Shown here one piece after another: positions 38,140 to 46,514 of a stretch of DNA of 64,000 nucleotides; position 1 is the stretch's first letter, and each line of letters begins with the position of its first letter. The translations under genes were made by a program, and so were the position numbers. Source of the stretch: Candidatus Sumerlaeaceae bacterium (GTDB lineage Bacteria; Sumerlaeota; Sumerlaeia; Sumerlaeales; Sumerlaeaceae); assembly GCA_051003195.1 (NCBI GenBank), contig JBPCLP010000011.1, positions 32,001 to 96,000 of the forward strand. Reading direction: 5' to 3'. Below the pieces are notes generated by a model. It ran no database searches. It had not been told where the DNA came from and saw nothing but the letters and a program-made list of their open reading frames with translations.

Positions 38140-40665
38140 CTACTCCTCTTTGCGGTATTGGACCAGCGTTATTCCACCTGTGCTTCCCCCTTCTGAAAGG
38201 TTCAGGCGCACGTAGGAATCTTTCGGATCATGTTCATTCGGTACTCCGTAATACTGCCCCAGCCGAACGAACTGCTCACCGGGTGGGACAAAGTTCAGTT
38301 CGAAACTTCCATCCGCAGCAGTCTTCACTGAAGGGGTGTAGTAGCGATTTTCATCTTTCCTGGCCGATGTGGATTGTACACTCGCACCGGCCACCGCCTG
38401 ACCCTTGGTATCAATGACCTTTCCGGTGATTTCGCAAGGATGTGTTAGTTTGATTACTAATCCGTCAACCTCCTGGCCCGGCTCGGTGTGGACCACGGGT
38501 GTAAAACCATTGGCCCACTGGCGCCACTCCTGGTAGGCACCGTCGTGCGCGATTAGATTATAGTTATCTTCGAAGCTCGCCGGCAACGGACACTCAAAAC
38601 TTCCACTGGCGTCCGTTTTTACACTGAAGCGGGTGTCACCAGTGATTGAGTTACCTGTGCCGGTCATCGCCGGCGCCACCGTGGCTCCGCTCACCGGCTG
38701 GCCGTTGGGGTCTACCACTGTGCCACGGAAAGTGGCGGCTTTTTCCATGGTCATGGTGATCGACGTAATGGGAGCGACCAGCTGCACATCCAGGGAATCG
38801 AAATCGCGTTGAAATGATATGTTAGGATTAAAGCCGGAGCGATCTCGCTTTACCCGTTTTGCTGAAGACGGAACTGCGCCCAACCAGAAGCGGGCATAAC
38901 CCTTAGCCTTCACGTCCAGATCCACTTTCGCGGGGATTAGCCCGGCAATTTCTATTAAACCCTTTTCGTTAGCGGTTCCCTTTACTGTCGGGCGCTGCCA
39001 ATCGCTTACTGTCGCCCCGACGACAGGTTCGGAGGTAATACTGTCGATCAGGCGAACCTGGAGGGTTGCGGCTGCTGACAACTGCAGATCGAGCTTTTTA
39101 CCCTCATCCTTGGCGAGCGGAATCCTGGCCATTGTGGTGGCCTCGTTACCCGCTTTGACTTCAAGAGCGTAGGTCGAGGGCGGCAGGTAGATTTTGTACT
39201 GCCCCGCGGCATTGGAATACGCCTCGTACCACACCTCGGTAATTTGGACTCCCTTCCCCTGCTGAATGCCCATGTTCGCCCGCACAAGCGCACCCGGCGC
39301 GGGTTTCCCATTGTGATAGAACACTGTACCTTCTATCCAGGTTCCCTGCTCCAACACGATTGGCTCAGTCAGCACGCCCAGCTTCGGTGCCGGGGTATAG
39401 TAAGGAGTGTATCCATCCTTGCTGACGCGAAAATCAGGTACATTATCCCGCGCGACACCCCCGCAGCGGAACCAGCCATCTCTATTTGTGTAGGTTTCCT
39501 GCCCTGTTGTCCAACTCCAAACATCCACAAGGCAGCCCTCCAGCGGCTTTCCGGCTTTGTCGACGACTCTGCCGCGGATGAACTTGGGCTCCGAGGTATC
39601 GGCATCACCTGGTTTGCTGAGATCGTCAACCAGGGCTGCACCGCCAGCAAGTCCAGGAGTCGGCCGCTGCCCACTCGGCGCTGTAACAATTCCGGGGCCG
39701 GGTGTGTTAGCGGCCGGAGCCGAGCTTCGCGTTGCCGCGCGTGTAGAGGTCGCGATGCTTTCCGCCTCCGGCACGTCCCGATGAGTTCTCGCGTCGCTCG
39801 TTTGCCGGTTCACCGCAACCACACCTGCAACCGTTATGGCTCCTGCTGCCAAAACAGCGGTCACTACACCGCCGGATAGTTTTCCCCCGGCGAACAAACC
39901 GGCCGATTGCAAAGTTGTCGTCGCAGCAAGAACAGCACTATCGGCAGTTGCTTTGACGAGCGCCGACTTTGCCGACGCATTTAACCCGGCTGCCGAAGCG
40001 ACCAGGGCCGTAGCGCCAGCCGTGCTGCGTTGCGACATGCCCGCTAGCCGCCCCGGGGTGGCGGTTAGCTGCTCGCGGAGCTGATTTAGTGCCGCGGTAA
40101 GCTGCCGCCCAACCGTAGCCGGGTGAACGTTCAGGCGGCGGGCGATCTCGCTCTTATGCACATCCTCAAGAAAATGCATTATGACAATTTCACGTTGGGC
40201 CACCGGCAGCTGTTCGACTGCTGCCAGCACGCGACGCTGTTCGTCTTTCTGCTCTGCGGTTTCGCGTGGCGAGCGCCCGCCTGGATCTGGTTCTGTTGGT
40301 GGCAGAGTTTCCATGGAAACGGTTGGCACCAGGCGCGACCTGTTCTGCCCCTTCTCCAGCCACTGTAGCGCCAGGTTGCGGGCAATCCGGTTGAGCCATG
40401 CCGGTAACGTTCGCGCATCCTTGAGCGAACCCAGGTGGAGGTACGCCCGAAGGAATGTCTCCTGCACCAGTTCCTCCGCTGACTCGGGGTCGCGCAGGTG
40501 CGCATACCCAACCGCAAATACCATGTGGTAATAACGCTCCACGATGGAATTGAACTCGCGGTCGGAAGCCCGCGCCTTCTCCACCAGCCGTTCATCTATG
40601 GTGAAATCGTGGTCGGCCGCAGCCGGGCGGGAAAAGAGTCTCATCGATAGTACCGTTTGAGTCAT
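38140..40665 (-). CDS. ECF sigma-70 factor fused via a TM helix to repeated carboxypeptidase-regulatory-like domains
   Basis: AEELVQETFLRAY, WLNRIARN, LPVAQREIV..EIARRLNV; TM; repeated (I/F)RG.VVD..G.P..GA.V modules. Confidence 0.85.
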   Translation of the reverse strand: MTQTVLSMRLFSRPAAADHDFTIDERLVEKARASDREFNSIVERYYHMVFAVGYAHLRDPESAEELVQETFLRAYLHLGSLKDARTLPAWLNRIARNLALQWLEKGQNRSRLVPTVSMETLPPTEPDPGGRSPRETAEQKDEQRRVLAAVEQLPVAQREIVIMHFLEDVHKSEIARRLNVHPATVGRQLTAALNQLREQLTATPGRLAGMSQRSTAGATALVASAAGLNASAKSALVKATADSAVLAATTTLQSAGLFAGGKLSGGVVTAVLAAGAITVAGVVAVNRQTSDARTHRDVPEAESIATSTRAATRSSAPAANTPGPGIVTAPSGQRPTPGLAGGAALVDDLSKPGDADTSEPKFIRGRVVDKAGKPLEGCLVDVWSWTTGQETYTNRDGWFRCGGVARDNVPDFRVSKDGYTPYYTPAPKLGVLTEPIVLEQGTWIEGTVFYHNGKPAPGALVRANMGIQQGKGVQITEVWYEAYSNAAGQYKIYLPPSTYALEVKAGNEATTMARIPLAKDEGKKLDLQLSAAATLQVRLIDSITSEPVVGATVSDWQRPTVKGTANEKGLIEIAGLIPAKVDLDVKAKGYARFWLGAVPSSAKRVKRDRSGFNPNISFQRDFDSLDVQLVAPITSITMTMEKAATFRGTVVDPNGQPVSGATVAPAMTGTGNSITGDTRFSVKTDASGSFECPLPASFEDNYNLIAHDGAYQEWRQWANGFTPVVHTEPGQEVDGLVIKLTHPCEITGKVIDTKGQAVAGASVQSTSARKDENRYYTPSVKTAADGSFELNFVPPGEQFVRLGQYYGVPNEHDPKDSYVRLNLSEGGSTGGITLVQYRKEE

Positions 40666-40753
40666 GATGAGAATAAAGATCGGTGAGAAGCGAGTCTATT
40701 GCGGAAACTTTAAACAATCCGTTGCTTTTCTCCGAGATTCCCGCGGCTTGGCC

Positions 40754-40809
40754 TGCACCTGCGGCTATTCATGTTCGACACCTCCGGTGTCGGGTTTTTC
40801 AACAGCCCC
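40754..40809. mobile_element. One-ended remnant of MITE family B
   Basis: Reverse complement matches ~7019-7073 (CGACACCGGAGGTGTCGAACAT.AATAGCCGCAGGTGCA plus TIR). Confidence 0.65.
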
Positions 40810-40852
40810 CTGTCCGCTGTTCACGGCACCTGATATCCGGCACCGATTAAAC

Positions 40853-42742
40853 TCAATCGGCGATTGCGCTCGCCGTTTTTTGTACAGGCTCCGGCACTGC
40901 TGTTTTGCGCAGCACTTCGATTTCGACGATGCAAATGTCATCGGCCAGCGGCGTCGTCCCGATGAAGCGGTTCACCTCAAGCAGGATTTCACCAGGCAGG
41001 GTCGAATTTTCATTGTCTGCGAACTGCTCAACCACCTCCAGCAGTCGCTCCATCCCGAACTGCTCGAACTCGTCGTTGTGTGCTTCAAAGACTCCATCGG
41101 TGAACAGCACGATGCGGTCGCCCGGGCTCAGCGCGCGCTCGACATTCAAGTAAGTGGCTTCGCGAATGATTCCCAGCGCCATGCCTGTGAGCTCGATTGA
41201 CACCAGCTCGCGCACGGTGCCACTGGAAGCCTGTGCAAATAGAGGCGCCGGGTGCCCAGCCGATGCGCAAATTGCCTGCGACTCCGCCGTGTCGATGACC
41301 AGGTAACACGCCGTCGCGAAGATAAGCTGGCTGCCGCGCTCCACGATGTCCATATATTGCCGATTGAGAACTTCCAGCAGTTGCGCGGGATCGTGGATCT
41401 GCTGCGCAAGGCTCTGCAGCACGGTACGTAGAATGGCGGTCACCAGCGCCGAGCGCGCGCCATGCCCCATCACATCCGCGATGAAAATACCTGCGCGATT
41501 CTCGCCAAGTTTTACGACATGGAAGAAATCGCCCCCGAGCGACAGCGTGGGCTGGTACAGGTGACGGAACTGCAGGGCGATTTCCGAGGGAGCATTGAAA
41601 TCCGGAACGGGCGGATATTCCTGGGGCAGAAGGGCCTCCTGGAATTTACGCGCGAACTCGAGGTCGTCGCGAATAATCGCGTTCTGCACGGCGAGTTTCT
41701 CTTCGGCCTTCTTTCGTGCGGTGATGTCGCGCACAAACGCATTCAGCCGCCGCTCGCCATCGGCGGTAACTGGCCACACGGTAACTTCACAAGGAAACTC
41801 CAGTCCCTGCCGGTTCAGAAGCATCATCTCGACCTGGCGATTCAAGATCTGCGCTTCGCCAGTCACGCGGAACTGCTCCAGGCCTGCCTGCATCTTTGCA
41901 CGCGAGTCCGCGGGAACGACCGCTTCAATCGATTGGCCCGTGATCTCGTCGCGCAGCCATCCCAGGATGTGTTCAGCTTGTCGATTCCATCCAGTCACGA
42001 TTCCGTGATCATCAGTCGCGATAAAGGCGTCGTTTGCGGTCTCGAGGATGAGGCTCGTCCGCTCCTCGCTGTTGCGTAAGGCGCGGCGTTGCGCAATGCG
42101 CTGTTCGACATCGCGGCTTCCGGCCAGCAGCATCAGGCCGCAGCCGGTCACCACGAAACAACCGGCGGTGTTCAGTGCCATTGGGATGGCAGAAGTGCCA
42201 TAAATTAGCGGCTTTCCATAAACATAGCCGAGCAAAAAACAAAGGCCGATGAAAGCGGCGACGGTGCCCAGCCATCCGCCCACAGTGTTCGCGGGACCAA
42301 CTCGCGGCGCGGCAAGCAGGAACAGGGAAGTCGCGGTGATAACAAGCGTGAGCGCGGTGAAAAAAGCCATGCGGCCAACAGGAGCAAGGCCGAGGTACTC
42401 GCCCGGAGCATGGAATACCAGATCATCGACTCCGAAGCCGATACCGGTCACGTATTCGGTCAGGCGCAGCGCGGCGATTGTCCCAACCAGCACTGCAACC
42501 CCGACGGTCGCGAAGCGGGCTGCGCGGTGCGCCGAAAGAACGAGTAAGAGCCCGAATCCAACCGCAATAAACGCAACAGCTGTGTTCGGCGCCATCGGTA
42601 TGAAGCGTGCATTCAGTCCGCTCAGCGTGCGAATGCCCGTGAGCCAGCCTGCGACGGCCAGCAATCCAAGAGCAACCGTGCACCATCCCGCGGCGCGAAC
42701 GGCGCCCCGCATCGCCCGCACCGCGGTGGTCGTGGAATTCAT
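40853..42742 (-). CDS. Membrane PAS + PP2C/SpoIIE (RsbU-like) phosphatase
   Basis: Multi-TM N-terminus, PAS (WNRQAEHILGW), GGDFF, IADVMGHG, SAGHP, LFTDGVFEA, DDICIV. Confidence 0.88.
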   Translation of the reverse strand: MNSTTTAVRAMRGAVRAAGWCTVALGLLAVAGWLTGIRTLSGLNARFIPMAPNTAVAFIAVGFGLLLVLSAHRAARFATVGVAVLVGTIAALRLTEYVTGIGFGVDDLVFHAPGEYLGLAPVGRMAFFTALTLVITATSLFLLAAPRVGPANTVGGWLGTVAAFIGLCFLLGYVYGKPLIYGTSAIPMALNTAGCFVVTGCGLMLLAGSRDVEQRIAQRRALRNSEERTSLILETANDAFIATDDHGIVTGWNRQAEHILGWLRDEITGQSIEAVVPADSRAKMQAGLEQFRVTGEAQILNRQVEMMLLNRQGLEFPCEVTVWPVTADGERRLNAFVRDITARKKAEEKLAVQNAIIRDDLEFARKFQEALLPQEYPPVPDFNAPSEIALQFRHLYQPTLSLGGDFFHVVKLGENRAGIFIADVMGHGARSALVTAILRTVLQSLAQQIHDPAQLLEVLNRQYMDIVERGSQLIFATACYLVIDTAESQAICASAGHPAPLFAQASSGTVRELVSIELTGMALGIIREATYLNVERALSPGDRIVLFTDGVFEAHNDEFEQFGMERLLEVVEQFADNENSTLPGEILLEVNRFIGTTPLADDICIVEIEVLRKTAVPEPVQKTASAIAD

Positions 42743-42845
42743 GGGTCTGGTTTCGCGAAAGCGTGGATCGTGCCACAATGCGCTTGATGAACGGGACATT
42801 GAAAAAATGGTACCGCATCGGACACATTGCTCACCATTGAATCAC

Positions 42846-42937
42846 AAGAGTGGAGCGGCGCATCCTGCGCCGGTAGAGCGGGCTTCCAGCCTGCTGCTGG
42901 CACCGGCGACTTAGCAACCACCGACACCCCCGACATC
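42846..42937. repeat. ~92-bp dispersed REP-like repeat, copy 2
   Basis: Same orientation as and highly similar to 29647-29738. Confidence 0.75.
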
Positions 42938-43010
42938 ACCTTCCAAACCCAGCATGGCCCCATCCAGCCCACCGCCTTGCGACATCAGTTCTCCGCCGAT
43001 CGTTGGACCC

Positions 43011-43168
43011 CTTTTTATTGACAATCGAGAATCTGAATCGCAATCGTTTGCTGCATGATGAATCCGGAGTGTTTTATCCGTCAAAGCTACGGCCTCTGTT
43101 CAGGATTGGGCATATACTTAAGTCGCTGCTCCGTCAAAGGCAAATGGAGAAGCTGATTCATGAACGTC
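43011..43168 (+). pseudogene. Collapsed duplicate of the 43287-44001 locus (promoter + last codons + spacer + pilin start)
   Basis: 43011-43077 resembles 43287-43357; 43086-43168 resembles 43920-44001. Confidence 0.8.
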
Positions 43169-43293
43169 ACAAAACTATTGAGCGCATCCGGACCATAGTG
43201 GCGGTCCTGTTCTGCCGATTCGTAGTATTCAAATTTGCAATGCGAGGTTTCGTCATTCTGCACCGACATACAGCGGCTCATTTAATCTTTTTA

Positions 43294-43327
43294 TTGACAA
43301 TCGAGAATTTAAATCGCAATCGTTTGC
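43294..43327 (+). promoter_or_regulatory. TTGACA -35-like hexamer plus LacI-type operator-like palindrome GCAATCGTTTGC
   Basis: Also present in the duplicate at ~43018-43051; related site at 44694-44723. Confidence 0.5.
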
Positions 43328-43355
43328 TGTATTATGATGAAATCGGGAGGGTTTT

Positions 43356-43955
43356 ATGAAAATTTCTTTTTTGGTTAGTTTCTTCGTCATAGCTGCCGCT
43401 GTGTCAAACGCAGTTCCCCGTACAGGGCAATTTGCTGCAAAGGTGACGAACAACACCCCTGCCGGGGGCTTTCAGCCAGATACTGGTTTTGATCGTGAGA
43501 CCTCACGTATCGTGGTACTGGACGGCAACTCGCTCACGTTTACTGCCTATTTAAAGAATGGTCGAACCGATCCAAGTAACTTGTTTGCGATTCGTTTTGC
43601 GCAATTCAGTAGTACTAACACCTTTTTAGGGGATGTCGAAATTCATGCAGGTGCCGCAATCCCTGCAACCTATACAGCCTTTACGCACACCTTTACGCCG
43701 GCAGCCGGAACCGCAAGGCTGAACCTGTCATTTCGCCTGGGCACTGGCGGCTCCTCGGCGATAATAGATGATATTTCGGTTCTCGATACCACTGCCGGCA
43801 ACGTCGAAAGACTTAGCAACGGGGGATTAGAAACTTGGCCAGATCCGGCCCCGGCGGCTCCAACTGACTGGCGGTTCTTTTCCGTCGGCTCAGCCTCGGG
43901 AACGCTGGAGAAGGTCGTAGCTACGGCCTCTGCTCAGGATTGGGCATTGTACTAA
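43356..43955 (+). CDS. Secreted CBM-like (jelly-roll) protein with C-terminal W motif
   Basis: GGGAGGG RBS; signal peptide; IIDDISV, LSNGGLETW...P.DW; ends ATASAQDWALY*. Confidence 0.75.
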   Translation: MKISFLVSFFVIAAAVSNAVPRTGQFAAKVTNNTPAGGFQPDTGFDRETSRIVVLDGNSLTFTAYLKNGRTDPSNLFAIRFAQFSSTNTFLGDVEIHAGAAIPATYTAFTHTFTPAAGTARLNLSFRLGTGGSSAIIDDISVLDTTAGNVERLSNGGLETWPDPAPAAPTDWRFFSVGSASGTLEKVVATASAQDWALY

Positions 43956-43992
43956 GTCGTTGCTCCGTCAAAGGCAAATGGAGAGCTGATTC

Positions 43993-44628
43993 ATGAACGT
44001 CGCAATTGAGCCGAAGCACCAGATCCGCTCCAGTGCCGGTGCGGGATTTACTTTAATCGAACTGCTGATCGTGGTCGCCATCATCGCCATTCTCGCGGCG
44101 ATTGCCGTTCCGAATTTTCTGGAGGCTCAAACGCGCGCAAAAGTCTCGCGCGTAAAAGCAGATATGCGGTCCGTTGCCACTGCGCTACAGGCCTACGCAG
44201 TGGATGCAAACCGCTACCCCCCGGATTACATTGGTCCCCCAACGTCGCCCATTGCCTCATTTCGTCTCAAGTACATCTATTATCTGACTAGCCCAGTTGC
44301 ATACATGACCTCGGTGAACTTTCGCGACCCTTTTATGCAAACCAATTCGGACTCTGAGGAAAATAGTTTTGGTTTCTACAACTTTGATTTCCGGTGGGGC
44401 TCCGACGCCGGCATTTCGGTTACCGAGCGGGCTCGAACGATTATGCTCAAGAGCTTTGGGCCCGATCGAAAAGACGATGGATCTGAATGGATTATCCTGG
44501 GGATCAACGACGCCCGAGCGGGGATTATCAACATCAGCCGTATCTACGACCCCACAAATGGCACTGTCAGCCCGGGCGACGTCAGCCGGTTTACCGGCGA
44601 AACCAAAGGCCTGCCCGAGCAGATCTAG
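43993..44628 (+). CDS. Type II secretion GspG-like pseudopilin / type IV pilin
   Basis: G|FTLIELLIVVAIIAILAAIAVPNF N-methylation motif; LTSPVAY, DPF, SFGPD, YDPTNGTVS.GD. Confidence 0.88.
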   Translation: MNVAIEPKHQIRSSAGAGFTLIELLIVVAIIAILAAIAVPNFLEAQTRAKVSRVKADMRSVATALQAYAVDANRYPPDYIGPPTSPIASFRLKYIYYLTSPVAYMTSVNFRDPFMQTNSDSEENSFGFYNFDFRWGSDAGISVTERARTIMLKSFGPDRKDDGSEWIILGINDARAGIINISRIYDPTNGTVSPGDVSRFTGETKGLPEQI

Positions 44629-44777
44629 AAGCGTCCCCACTGCTGTTGGGTCCCTCTAACGGGTGCACCAGTCGCATACTGGCCGCATTCTAATTGACAA
44701 CTCGCAAATTCGCACACGATTGCTTTCATGGTTGCTTCGGGGATGTGTTTTCTCATTTAGCGATGGAGGTGGTATCA

Positions 44778-46349
44778 ATGTTTCGTATGCACTCCACGGC
44801 CAGTCTTCTTATATCGGTTATCATTGTTCAGGGTGTTCCGGCAGCGTTCGGTGCTGGCAATGCCGTTCAGCCAAGTATCTGCGCGCGACCATGCTGGGGC
44901 GCACGCGCACCCAGCGGAACCATCTCGCAGATGTCATCCCTTAACCGCGCAATCGTTCATCACACAGCCGGGAACGAGTTCAACACCAGCGGCTATGAAG
45001 CTTCCAAGGCAAATGTGCGCGCAATCCAAAACCTTCACATGGACACAAACGGGTGGACGGATATTGGCTATCATTATCTGGTCGATAAGTTCGGTTACAT
45101 ATTCGAAGGACGGTCTGGTGCCCAGGGCAGCCTCCCGAGAGGAGCGCACGATGGTACCAACACAAACTCCTTCGGATTTAACTGCATGGGCTACTTCCAC
45201 CCAACTGTGAACAATGTTCCAACAGCGGCCATGCTTGACTCTCTCTATAATGTAATCGCATGGAGAATGCCTGGTGGCTGGCAGCCCTATGGCTCGCCCG
45301 GCACGTACGGCCCGCTGGGCAACAGCGTAGGATATGTCGACTCCCATCGACGTGTAAAAGCCACCGCGTGTCCGGGTGACAATATCCATAATCCTTACAT
45401 TGGCAACGACGTCAACAGCGGCACCATTCGTGCGGAAATCAGGAAGCACATGGATACGAGGAATCCATCCTATTACTTCGATACAGGCATCGACGCCTTT
45501 ACGCCCGGAAATGGCAGTTCGGCCCTCGCCTGGACAAACAGTGGCTGGCCCGGTGTCGTGTATGCAGACCAGCTTGGAAACGACATGTTCTGGTACAGCC
45601 CTCTTACCAATTACCAGGGCGGTGGAGATCCCTCTATCAACGTGCAAGTATTTCCACAAAATGGGAATTCCGCCTCCCACACCATGCAGCTGTTCTGGAA
45701 GACAGCTGCCGAGGATTTTTGGGACGGTGCCAAGAGCTCGCAGCGGGTCAGCTATACGGCACAAAATGGATGGATCAGCATCAACCTGAGCATGAACAAC
45801 CCGAAGTACTGGTGGCAGACAATAAAACAGCTGCGCCTGGATTTTGACGATACTAACGTTGGCGCGCGGTTTATAGTTAACCATGCATATCTCCAGACAA
45901 CCCCACGCTACTGGTTTGGCGGCGGCACAGAGGGCTGGGTCGGCGCAAACGGCGTAGCCACGCCATGGTGGACAGACTGCTGCGGCTGGACGGGAATCAT
46001 GGTTGTTGACCAGACCGGCAACGATTCACACATCGAGAGCCCCCGCTTCACTATGCTGGGGGGGGCAAACGACGTGTTCCGGGTACGTGTATACCCGCAG
46101 AATGGAAGCTCCGCAAACCACGATATGCAGATCTTCTGGAAGAACAGCGGCGAAGAATTCTACTCGGAATCGAAATCGACGGGCGTTGTCGGTTACTCGC
46201 GGCAGAACGACTGGATCGAATTGATCTTCGATGTCGGAAACAAGGGTGGTTGGAGCGGCAACTTTGTCACCCAGATCCGCCTGGACATGGACCAGTATAA
46301 CCAGGGTGTCCGCTGGATTTTTGATTACCTGATTGTTGATCATTTCTAA
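44778..46349 (+). CDS. Secreted PGRP-like N-acetylmuramoyl-L-alanine amidase with two tandem C-terminal domains
   Basis: GGAGGT RBS; WGAR, IVHHTAG, GWTDIGYHYLVD, HR...ATACPG; duplicated ~145-aa domain. Confidence 0.85.
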   Translation: MFRMHSTASLLISVIIVQGVPAAFGAGNAVQPSICARPCWGARAPSGTISQMSSLNRAIVHHTAGNEFNTSGYEASKANVRAIQNLHMDTNGWTDIGYHYLVDKFGYIFEGRSGAQGSLPRGAHDGTNTNSFGFNCMGYFHPTVNNVPTAAMLDSLYNVIAWRMPGGWQPYGSPGTYGPLGNSVGYVDSHRRVKATACPGDNIHNPYIGNDVNSGTIRAEIRKHMDTRNPSYYFDTGIDAFTPGNGSSALAWTNSGWPGVVYADQLGNDMFWYSPLTNYQGGGDPSINVQVFPQNGNSASHTMQLFWKTAAEDFWDGAKSSQRVSYTAQNGWISINLSMNNPKYWWQTIKQLRLDFDDTNVGARFIVNHAYLQTTPRYWFGGGTEGWVGANGVATPWWTDCCGWTGIMVVDQTGNDSHIESPRFTMLGGANDVFRVRVYPQNGSSANHDMQIFWKNSGEEFYSESKSTGVVGYSRQNDWIELIFDVGNKGGWSGNFVTQIRLDMDQYNQGVRWIFDYLIVDHF

Positions 46350-46514
46350 GCCGCAATTCTCGCCAGACGTTTGATCCCCGAGTACCGGGGGCGCGCCCGA
46401 CACGCTCCCGGTGTTGTTGTGCTCGGCATCTTAACAGCAGTTTAAGTCTGGATTGCCACGGAGTTAAGTTCGTTGCCAGATCGCTCCAGCTGGAAACCTT
46501 CTGCGCTGCATGCT

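Noticed and set aside
29647..42937. 92-bp direct repeats as attL/attR of an integrated element
   Set aside because: The second copy includes no tRNA 3' sequence and there is no integrase; better explained as REP-like repeats.
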